From contig JAQGDQ010002030.1 in the NCBI GenBank assembly GCA_030141605.1, positions 1 through 17,400 on the forward strand: 17,400 nt of DNA. The letters are read 5' to 3'. A program made the translations under genes and the position numbers. A model generated the notes under the pieces. That model did no database searches and had not been told where the DNA came from. It saw only the letters and a program-made list of their open reading frames with translations. This document shows, one piece after another, positions 1-10,087 of the stretch. This DNA is from Tubiluchus corallicola. Taxonomy: Eukaryota > Animalia > Priapulida. The number at the start of each line of letters is the position of its first letter. Position 1 is the stretch's first letter.

Positions 1-130
1 AGAGGATAAGGATGACAAACTACGATGACAGAAATGTAGCCCTCTTCCCAACGAGGCGTAATGCGCATGCTCAGCTGTTTCACAACACTGAAACGTTTCT
101 TCATGCTCGTCTTACGAGTGGGGACAAAGT

Positions 131-463
131 TTAACCCTTTCATTCCCTTTGTATCCCGTGGATACGAGAATTTTTCTGCCTTTAAAATTAATAAAATTTT
201 AAAACTGACAGTTATTTGATCTGTTAATAGTTATTTGGATGTAAGCCAATAACAATAGACTAAAAATGGTGATAAAATGGCAAACTAGAAAATCTACATA
301 GCATAAAAAAAACTGCGCAAGGTACAGTACTTTAGAGACGACTTCGTACAGATCAGCATAGCGTGCATACTAAATGTCTTAAATACTTTAAAAAATTATC
401 AGCAGTTGCAAAATGAAGCACATTTTATGCTTCCATTGAATCCCAACGTATCCCGTGGGATAC
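131..463. mobile_element. Possible left end of a non-autonomous piggyBac-type (TTAA) element
   Basis: TTAA followed by CCCTTT at 131-140. Two copies of a near-palindromic motif: GTATCCCGTGGATAC (151-165) and GTATCCCGTGGGATAC (448-463). No matching right end found. Confidence 0.3.
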
Positions 464-723
464 AGGCTATATTTAGCACGCGGGCACAGGTAGAAAAAAT
501 AGCTTTGTTATCTGGTCTCTTAGGCCTACTACACTCCCACCACTGCAATGAAACTCATACAGGAATTCATACATGTTAAGTTTTCTCACTTAAACTGGCT
601 TCGAAGGCTTTACATTTTCTTACAATTAGGTAAATCTGATGTTGACTGAACTGACTTTAGCGTACAAATGAACACACCGGTTATCCGATACACCGCAATT
701 GGTATTGAATGAAATAATCCAAG

Positions 724-807
724 TTAAAATAAAACTAAGTATATTTAAGTACATGTACTGTGAACTTAAAATAAAACTAAGTATATTTAAGTACATGTAC
801 TGTGAAC
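724..807. repeat. Perfect 42-bp tandem duplication
   Basis: TTAAAATAAAACTAAGTATATTTAAGTACATGTACTGTGAAC at 724-765 and 766-807. Confidence 0.95.
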
Positions 808-977
808 TGCGACCACTTTGCTTAAACAAAAAAGTTTGTTTCTATAGCGCGTATGTGATAACATAAATAAACAGGTAACCTGAGGTTTCTTATCTTGAAA
901 GTATAAATAGCTACCATAGTTTTACAAATGTTATCTACACGTAGTTTTGTGTAGGCAAAACAACCACAGTTCACTGT

Positions 978-1386
978 CAGGGTCGAATAATCCTATAGGC
1001 TAATATGGGCTGCAGCCTAGCCAACCCACCACCCCCCACCCCCACCACCCCACCCACACCCCTCGAACTTGCGCACCTCAAAGTTTGGTAACATTCGATA
1101 AAAAATCTGTTTTTCCCCATGGCTGTGCTGAAATATGGGCAAATTTGGTTTACAATAAATAGTAAAATAATGGTATTTCTTAAAGAATATTTTTGTAAAA
1201 TAGCGGTATTTATTGACAAACAAAAGATAGCTAACCTAGTTTATCTAAAGAATTTACATGAAAATGTCGCTAAACTATCACTAGTTAAAATATTCTAGAC
1301 GCGTGCGGCCGAGGGAGGGCAGCTCCATCTGAGAAGGACCCAATTTCATTAGCCTAGGGGCCCCAGAAATTCGTAATCCGGCCCTG
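978..1386. mobile_element. hAT-type MITE (older copy)
   Basis: Imperfect TIRs: CAGGGTCGAATA at 978 and TAATCCGGCCCTG ending at 1386 (reverse complement CAGGGCCGGATTA). Flanking 8-mers TTCACTGT (970-977) and TTCACGGC (1387-1394) match 6/8, a degenerate 8-bp TSD. Confidence 0.7.
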
Positions 1387-1868
1387 TTCACGGCATATTT
1401 CATCAACGAAAGAACGGCAAAATGAAACTGCAATTTGTTGCCGTTCTCGCTGCCATAGTTTTCTGGCCTCGTAATGCTTTGGCTAACTCGAGTAAAAAAG
1501 TCGTGAGCTGCATGAACTAATTACAGGCGCGATTACACATATCGTTGTTGTTTAACTGTGATTATTACTCGTGCACATGTAAATATGCCTGTACATTAAC
1601 TAGGGTTTATAATTGCAAGATCGATTAAACAATATGCATACCAAGGGGCCCACCGTAAACAGGCTAACACGTACAGTAGTACTTATTCTCCTATGCTTTA
1701 TTCTGCAATGTAGAAATATCACAAACTGTACAATACGAATATTGTGTACTCTACACTCAAGCTCAAACGGAATTCATAAATGAAATAGCGTGTTTTTAGT
1801 TACACACCTGAATAATCTTGATCAAATATTTTTCGTTTTTTTAAATTGAAACTTTTCCTCGGTGTTCA

Positions 1869-2009
<141 letters not shown>

Positions 2010-2311
2010 GGAGTAGGATATTGAGAGAGTGGGAGAAAGGGAGGGACAAAGAGAGAGTAAGGGAGAGAAACTGAAATTTTATTATATGCAGTTAGTGCAT
2101 GATACAAATAATTTTAGTATAAAAACTGAATGTTAGTGCATGCTAGAAACAAATCTTAGTATAAAAAAGCTAGTAGAAACTAGACAAAACGATTATCGAC
2201 ATGGGTTATCATCATATCAGGCACGTTTTTAAACAGCAGAAAAAAACAGCTGGCATAGAAACGCTATTGTATGCAGCTGACTAGAAATAACAACCTACAG
2301 TGAGAACTTAC

Positions 2312-4670
2312 CGGATGTCCTTGGCCGAGAAACTGGCAGAGCTGGTGCGAAGTCTTGCCTTTCTGTGAATGGAGTAGGTCGTTCACTCGGGAGGTAATGA
2401 CGGTGGTAGATTTCATCCGGTGGGTGGGTCGTCCTGTAATGAGTGTCCGTCCAGAGCGGAGGTGGAGAAGGAGGAGGAGGCAAAGCTTTGGGTAGAGCTT
2501 CCTTCTCTTCTGCTCTGAAATCTGGCACAACACGAGGTTCCTCTTTGGCGATGATCTCATCCATTCGCTGTGGCACGGGAGATTTTACCGGGTTTTTTTT
2601 CTTACGTCTGAGTTTCCGGTCTGGCGTTGGCGGCGGAAATTGCGTCATCGTTCCTATTGAACGCTGCAGGACGATTCGAGTTTGCACACCTTTGCCGGAA
2701 GTGCTTGGTTTCACCTGAACAGCAAAGTCGTTCTGAAAATATCTGTTGAACTTGTGGTCCCACTGTGAGGACTGATTTCGAGTAGATCTCGTCAACTTTG
2801 GATCATACTGAGTCCCTAATGTCCGACTCGCCCAGCTTGGATCCCACTGCGTTTCGGACGTCCGCGTCCCAAAATTCGGGTCCCACTGCGTCCACTTTTG
2901 CCATTGTTGCACTCCTTCTTCGGGTCCACTTGCTTTCTCCATTTTTTCTGGGATCCAAACCTGCGTCTCTGTACTAGCGTCTACTGTAGCAACGGCCGGA
3001 ACACTCAATAAATCTTCGGGTGACGACTCTTGCTCTAGCTCTGACAACTGTCCTAGAAATTCTTCCGGTTGTTGCAGTTCAGTCAATTCTTCACGCTCGA
3101 TTTCATCTACAGTTTGTACTTGTTTGCTGACAGACTGTACGCTTGCTGCTGTAGGCTTGCTGTCACTCGTATCAACGAATTCAAACGTTTGAGTTGTTGT
3201 TGACGATAAATGATCACGTAGTAAACCAGTTTGTGTGCCGCTATCGTACGTCACTGCCGGTTCGGGCAGACTTACCGGCTCGATGACGTCACTCATTCTG
3301 GCTTCTATATCAGAACCGCGTAGGTCGGTTTGAGCTTCAATCGATACGTCCTCGACAACATCACGTGACTTTGCGTCAAGATCGATACCCAGAAGGTCTG
3401 TTTGTACGTCAATTTCGCGTGGCGGTCGTGGTCGTGGCGGAGGCCCTTCAGCTTCTAGGAGGAGGTCAACGAAATCTTGACCCAGCAAAGCTGTCTGCGT
3501 TTCCTCTGTCTCTGTGCTTTCACCACTGGAGCGTTTTTCTCTCTCTGGCAGGACGTCGATTCCTAAGAGGTCAGTTTGTGACGATCGAATCGTCTCTGGC
3601 ATTTCCATCTGGGACATTTCAAATGTTTCTTCTACAGTCTGGACAACGGGAATTTCCACTTGTGTTGTATAAGTTGTGCCTTCCTGCACGTGGTCAATCT
3701 CTCGCTTGACCGATGGCTCTGCGTGAACCGGTATTTCCACGGCACTGTGAAATAAAGGTTCTGTCTCTAAAGCTATGACACCTTTTTCCAAGAATGGTTC
3801 CCATTCAAGTGGCATGGCTTTTGTCTGAGGCAAAGGTTCTGCCTCTTGGATTCTCTGCTCCAGTTGAAAAGGCACATGTTCTGGTCGAATGGGTGCTTCT
3901 TGGGGTTGAAGGAGTGGTTCTAATTGATTAGTTGCATCGCTTGCTTCAGGGGGAGGTTGTGACTGGATGACTTCTGCTGATTCTATTTCACCATAAGCTC
4001 TGAAATTGAGAGAAAGCTCGATATCATCTTTGCTAGGTGGTTGCTGAAATGCTTGCATAGCCTGGACCTGCTCTTGTATCTCATCTGAAACAAGATCTTC
4101 AAGTGAAGAAGTTTCAAAACCAGATTCGCCTCCTATTGGCGAAAAAGCGTACTCTGCCCTGTCAAAAGATCTAGCTGCTAAGGATGGTTCTGTTTTGGTG
4201 CAAATAATCTGCCTTTCAATGTCATCCCACTGTATCCCTGGCGTTTCGGTACTGCTAGAAGGGACCTCCCATTGTGTCTCCCGGGGACTTTCCCATTGCG
4301 TCTCAGTGGTACTCATTGAGGGACCATCTATTTCCTCCTCAGGTAAATCCCATTGCGTTTCGGTAGTGCTGACTGCTGGAACAGTTTGGCTCACCTGTAT
4401 GCCTTCCTCTCGGATGTCCGGAGGTGGCGGGGTCTGAGTGCGCCTGTCATTTCTCTCCAGGGTTGTTTGTGTCCTCCGCTCCGTGCTTCTGACACGGGTC
4501 TGTGTCGTCTGGGTTTCCTGGATGACGTCATCAGTTTGAGTATCATTGTTGTTGGTGTCGCCTTCATCGCTGCGACGTCTCTCCCGAAGGACGTAGAAGA
4601 ACAAGCCGGCCACCAGAGCCAGACTCGGTACTCCGGCATACTCGATAACTGTCACCCATTCGAAAGGCAT
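2312..4670 (-). CDS. First coding exon of a membrane-anchored, intrinsically disordered protein with many LC8/DYNLL-binding (TQT/TQW) motifs; gene probably continues leftwards
   Basis: Long open frame (791 aa to the stop at 2295), visibly more GC-rich than its flanks. Hydrophobic N-terminus (VTVIEYAGVPSLALVAGLFFYVL) followed by RERRR. About 28 xQT/TQW-like motifs. In-frame TGA directly upstream of the ATG. Acceptor ttatttttaatcatttcAG ends at 4757; donor G|GTAAGT at 2312/2311 (phase 1). Confidence 0.85.
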
Positions 4671-4756
4671 TCAGGCAGGTTGGTCTCGTCAGCCTCTTCC
4701 GGTACCAAAATCAGAACTGACCTCGTTCAAGACGTGGCGCTTTCACAGCGTCAAAT
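4671..4756 (-). other. 5' UTR part of the giant exon (86 nt), preceded by a splice acceptor
   Basis: Minus strand reads ...ttatttttaatcatttcag|ATTTGACGC. Composition drops to AT-rich beyond about 4760. The in-frame stop at 4671-4673 prevents N-terminal extension. Confidence 0.6.
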
Positions 4757-6672
4757 CTGAAATGATTAAAAATAACACGTTCCAGGCAGTCTGTTATTTC
4801 ACCAGTAGGACCTAGTTAGGGCAAAACTAGCACGTTCACTTAAATAGGGGCTATTAGTAAGATGAAAATGGGGTTGGTCGATTAGACAATAGCCAAGAAA
4901 CTATGAATTATCAAATTAGGTCTCCCGAAAGCCATGAACGTATAAAACTGACCAATAAAAATCAATAATAAATCGCATGAAGTTTTTAAAAGAGATGCAG
5001 GGATACATTAGAATAGAGTGACTCCAACCCCGCCTTTGCTAGGTTAGTAGTTACTACTCCTAATGGCAAAACAAACTTCTGATGTTGATTTTCGAACTTG
5101 GCTGGTAATTTGTTCGAGTGGCCCACTGATTTGGTGTGGAAATGAAAATAATGAACAGTTCTCTTCGCTTACTGGTATCATTAACGCAATTTGCTTGCAC
5201 AGTCACCGTACACCAATTAGAACAGTTTTAATTGACATCAATTATCAAAATTAATAGTTCATTTAATTCTCGTTAATTAACAAATTTATTAAATTTAATA
5301 GCTGTTCTTATTTCAGAGTTCAGGTAGGCAAGTGCATTATTTCGTCAAAAATTTGTAGCTGTTTGTCTGTACACGGCACGCGAATTAAGGTCGATTCACA
5401 CTGACCCGACACACCGTCGCAGTCTCTTAGTACGCTGCCTAATGTGCAAATTTCATATCGCTCCAATATCGCATAGAAACCAATATATACTAATATGTTA
5501 TGAGGACAGAAACAACGTTAGCAAGTTAGCATGAGCCACTTTCAACAAATTTTCTAATTGTAATAACGCCAAACTTTTTGGTAGATCAAAACGCTAAATG
5601 TTAATATTGTTTGAACAAACCTCTTACGGGGGGTGGGGGGGGGGTCGTAATGTGCGTTTAAAATTGCTTAACAGCACGAAAACAAACAATAGGCCAATAA
5701 CTCAAATAATTCACTCTATTATTTTATATGCAAGTAAACACCGAGTACAACCTAGAAAAAGTCATAGCAGCTCTCGGCTTATGACGAAAAACTACATTCC
5801 AATTTGTTGTTAGTATAATCAACTTTCTACAGCACATGTTAGTTAACATGCAGTACAAAATTTAATATGAATCGACAAAAAGTATTAATTTACACAACAA
5901 ACTTACGTACAAACTGTAAAATATTCCAATGTATACATGACTTTATATTACGTACTAAACGCTTCCAGTAGTTTCTATCTGATATGAAATGTATCAGTCT
6001 TAAATAATTGTACATTAATATTTACTAACTGTCATTTTCTACTAATGTCTAATCTATCACTGTTGTAAAACTTTAGTATACTAAAAACTAAGTATAGTCT
6101 ATTCTTACTGTAAATGTTCTTGTAGATAGTGTATAAAGTCTGTTGTGGTGAGGATCCTAAATCATGTTGTACAAACTGTCTGATCCAATGCTAAATAAAT
6201 TATGTTTATAATAACAAACTTACGTTTTTGCCTTTCCAAACTGCACACCATACCAGAGTTCCAAACAACTTGCACACTACCCACAAAATTGTTTACAATA
6301 ATCTCGATTTTTCTTTGGCTTGATACATAGTGATTTTTAGCACCCGGCACATGCTTGGACCCTGGCCGGTACAGAGTACAGGTAACCGGCATGATCTAAT
6401 CAACAGGTAGAGAGTGGTCACGTGACAGCGTCAGACGTTTTGAGCGAATGAATCTCCCGCCGGCAATATTGGCTACAAATATGATAATAAGACGAACATG
6501 CTGAGCAGCTGAACTGAATACTAAACGGAAAGGTCGTACTGATATTGAAAAACTTTAAAATGTGTTTTTACAAGGAGCTTTCAATAACTTGCCTCATATT
6601 TCTGTTTTTACAACTTTTTTATTGTTTTTTCTTTCGACGAAACAGTTCTGAATCAAGAAACAAAGACACACT

Positions 6673-8449
6673 TTGATCCAAACACGAGCATGAAACAATG
6701 TCAGATCACTGATACAAGCACGACCATGAAACAATGTCAGATCATTGATGCAAGCACGAGCATGAAACAATGTCAGATCATTGATGCAAACACGACCATG
6801 AAACAATGTCAGATCATTGATGCAAGCACGACCATGAAACAATGTCAGATCATTGATGCAAGCACGAGCATGAAACAATGTCAGGTCATTGATGCAAACA
6901 CGACCATGAAACAATGTCAGATCATTGATGCAAACACGACCATGAAACAATGTCGAATCATTGATGCAAACACGACCATGAAACAATGTCGGATCATTGA
7001 TGCAAGCAAGGACATGGAACAATGTCAGATCATTGATGCAAACACGACCATGAAACAATGTCAGATCATTGATACAAACACGAGCATGAAACAATGTCAG
7101 ATCATTGATGCAAACACGACCATGGAACAATGTCAGATCATTGATACAAGCACGACCATGGAACAATGTCAGATCATTGACAGAAACACGACCATGGAAC
7201 AATGTCAGATCATTGATACAAGCACGACCATGAAACAATGTCAGATCATTGTTACAAGCACGACCATGGAACAATGTCAGATCATTGATACAAGCACGAC
7301 CATGGAACAATGTCAGATCATTGATGCAAACACGAGCATGAAACAATGTCAGATCATTGATGCAAGCACGAGCATGAAACAATGTCAGATCATTGATGCA
7401 AGCACGAGCATGAAACAATGTCAGATCATTGATGCAAACACGACCATGAAACAATGTCAGATCATTGATACAAGCACGACCATGGAACAATGTCAGATCA
7501 TGGATGCAAACACGAGCATGAAACAATGTCAGATCATTGATACAAACACGACCATGAAACAATGTCAGATCATTGATACAAACACGACCATGAAGCAATG
7601 TCTGATCAAGGATGCAAACAAGGCCATGAAACAATGTCCGTTCATTGATTCAAACAACGTCATGAAACAATGTCAGACTATTGATGCAAACAACGCCATG
7701 AAACAATGTCAGATCATTGATACAAACAAGGACATTAAACAATGTCAGATCATTAATGCAAACAAGGCCATGAAACAATGTCGATACCATTGATACAAAC
7801 AAGGCCATGAAACAATGTCAATACCATTGATGCAAACAAGGCCATGAAACAATGTCGATACCATTGATGCAAACAAGGCCATGAAACAATGTCGATACCA
7901 TTGATACAAACAAGGCCATGAAACAATGTCGATACCATTGATGCAAACAAGGTCATGAAACAATGTCGATACCATTGATGCAAACAAGGCCATGAAACAA
8001 TGTCGATACCATTGATGCAAACAAGGACATGAAACAATGTCGATACCATTGATGCAAACAAGGCCATGAAACAATGTCGATACCATTGATACAAACAAGG
8101 CCATGAAACAATGTCGATACCATTGATGCAAACAAGGTCATGAAACAATGTCGATACCATTGATGCAAACAAGGCCATGAAACAATGTCGATACCATTGA
8201 TGCAAACAAGGACATGAAACAATGTCGATACCATTGATGCAAACAAGGACATGAAACAAAGTCGATACCATTGATGCAAACAAGGCCATGAAACAATGTC
8301 GATACCATTGATACAAACAAGGCCATGAAACAATGTCGATACCATTGATGCAAACAAGGACATGAAACAAAGTCGATACCATTGATGCAAACAAGGACAT
8401 GAAACGATGTCGATACCATTGATGCAAACAATGCCATGAAATAATGTCA
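6673..8449. repeat. Composite minisatellite: 30 x 36 bp, then 18 x 37 bp
   Basis: Unit CATGAAACAATGTCAGATCATTGATGCAAACACGAC at 6689-7768; unit CATGAAACAATGTCGATACCATTGATGCAAACAAGGC at 7769-8434. Partial units at both edges. Confidence 0.97.
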
Positions 8450-9218
8450 TAACACCCTAACAAAACAGTGCCAGCATAATGCCACGAAGAAATGCTACCC
8501 TCTTGCCGCGAACAATGCCACAATATTGGCACTAAAGAATGTAATGTTACTGCGAAAAAAAATGTAACATTGATATGATGCAAAACTAACTGGGGCCCAA
8601 ACTACAATCACAAGACAAAAACTACAGGGCGTCTGCGCATGTGTAAACTTCCCTTGTATTTGACTTAGCGATTACAAACTTCCTTACGAAAAAGTAAACA
8701 AATAACGTTTTTTGTCACTTCGTAAGGACAGTCCATCCCAAAACTTGAAGGCCAAACTGTCCAGAGTTTATTTGCTGCCAGACTTCGTGTGCTAAAGGGT
8801 GTGGTTATGTGAAGAACAGAGGCTAAAATACAGCGTCTCATTTACTGAAAGATCCACCTGGATCTAAAGTGAAGGCTGAATGGAAAAATTCTTGTAAATA
8901 ATGAGGTTTTCAAGTTACTGTGTTGACATTTTTGCTTTTTTCAAGGAGAGTTGTTATTTTGTAGTCAAATGGCAAGGTTACTTCAGTTTCAGAGTCACAT
9001 TTATGACCACAGATAATAAGGAAAACGTTATAAGTTAAAGCTATTATCTCTTTACATACTGTAAAGTTGATATTAGTTGAAATTACTGACATAACAGACA
9101 AAAAACAATCACACAAACAAACTGTTTTGAAGCAAACTTCGTTTTCAGAGGGAAAACTAACAAAAATAATTATCCCCATTGTGGCGCCCACTCTATGCAC
9201 ATATATTGCTATGTGTGT

Positions 9219-9653
9219 CCTTTTTTCCTGTGCCATTTTCACCTACTTTTCCATTTGTGGTATTTTTCCTGTGCCATTTTCACCTACTTTTCCAATTGAG
9301 CCATTTTTTCCTGTGCCATTTTTACCTACTTTTCCATTGAGCCATTTTTCCTGTGCCATTTTCACCTACTTTTCCATTGTGCTATTTTTTCCTGTGCCAT
9401 TTTTTCCTGTGCCATTTTCACCTACTTTTCCAATTGTGCTATTTTTTCCCGTGCCATTTTACCGTGCTATTTTTACCTGTGCTATTTTTTCCTGTACCAT
9501 TTTACCGTGCTATTTTTACCTGTGCAATTTTTCCTGTGCCATTTTTACCTACATTTCCATTTGTGCCATTTTTTCGTGTACCATTTACCGTGCTATTTTT
9601 ACCTGTGCCATTTTTCCTGCGCCATTTTTACCTACGCCATTTTACCGCGCATC
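9219..9653. repeat. Degenerate short-unit array (TGTGCCATTTTT[T/A]CC), probably subterminal repeats of a non-autonomous DNA transposon
   Basis: Many 12-26-bp variants of TTTTCCTGTGCCATTTT / TTTTACC(T/G), ending abruptly at TTTTACCGCGCATC. Confidence 0.75.
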
Positions 9654-9690
9654 AAAAAAGCACCAGACATCATAGAATGAATCCACCTGA

Positions 9691-9805
9691 ATAGGTCGAG
9701 AAAGTCACCGAAAAAAGTCTCAGGAAAAAAATCACAGGAAAGGGACAGGAAAGGACTTTAATCCTAATACTATCCCTAATCCCCAACCTTAACCCAAACC
9801 CTATC
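9691..9805. repeat. Inverse-orientation AAAAGTCACAGG-type repeats followed by degenerate CCTAAY hexamers
   Basis: GAAAGTCACCG, AAAAAAGTCTCAGG and AAAAAAATCACAGG, then CCTAAT/CCCTAAT/CCTTAACCC/AAACCCTA. Resembles the start of a second element. Confidence 0.5.
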
Positions 9806-9844
9806 ACCAGCCGAAATTAATTGTGACTAATTGTGACTGTTAAA

Positions 9845-10087
9845 AATGCTCATGATTGTTTATGTGGTCAAACAATCCCACTTATAATGCTCAATGCTCA
9901 TGATTGTTTATGTGGTCAAACAATCCCACTTATAATGCTCAATGCTCATGATTGTTTATGTGGTCAAACAATCCCACTTATAATGCTCAATGCTCATGAT
10001 TGTTTATGTGGTCAAACAATCCTACTTATAATGCACAATGTTCATGATTGTTTATGTGGTCAAACAATCCCACTTATAATGCTCAAT
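9845..10087. repeat. 5 x 48-bp tandem repeat with an internal hairpin
   Basis: Unit AATGCTCATGATTGTTTATGTGGTCAAACAATCCCACTTATAATGCTC. Each unit contains GATTGTTT-N8-AAACAATC. Confidence 0.95.

Noticed and set aside
1411-1447. 10-bp stem hairpin AGAACGGCAA/TTGCCGTTCT
   Set aside because: Isolated, with no supporting context.
4059-4109. PKA-RII-binding AKAP helix (SSLEDLVSDEIQEQVQA)
   Set aside because: Polar residues occupy positions that must be hydrophobic in the AKAP pattern.
2295-4670. Viral or horizontally acquired origin of the long intronless ORF
   Set aside because: It is bounded by canonical splice signals and has no viral or transposon genes nearby.
2264-4760. Short ORFs overlapping the large CDS
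   Set aside because: Shadow frames of a GC-rich coding exon with no independent features.
6408-6475. TAGAGAGTGGTCACGTGAC as a MITE terminus enclosing the minisatellite
   Set aside because: No matching inverted end found in the window.
6594-8583. Long repetitive ORFs (346, 367, 276 aa and others) as genes
   Set aside because: By-products of stop-poor tandem units. They are open on both strands, and the 37-bp half cycles through frames.
9067-9694. Phe/Pro-rich 202-aa and 113-aa ORFs
   Set aside because: Translation of a T-rich degenerate repeat.
9771-9805. Interstitial telomere
   Set aside because: Only a few degenerate CCTAAY-like hexamers; more likely part of a repeat element.
6689-10087. 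CRISPR-like interpretation of the 36/37-bp and 48-bp arrays
   Set aside because: Units are contiguous with no unique spacers, there are no cas genes, and the context is eukaryotic.
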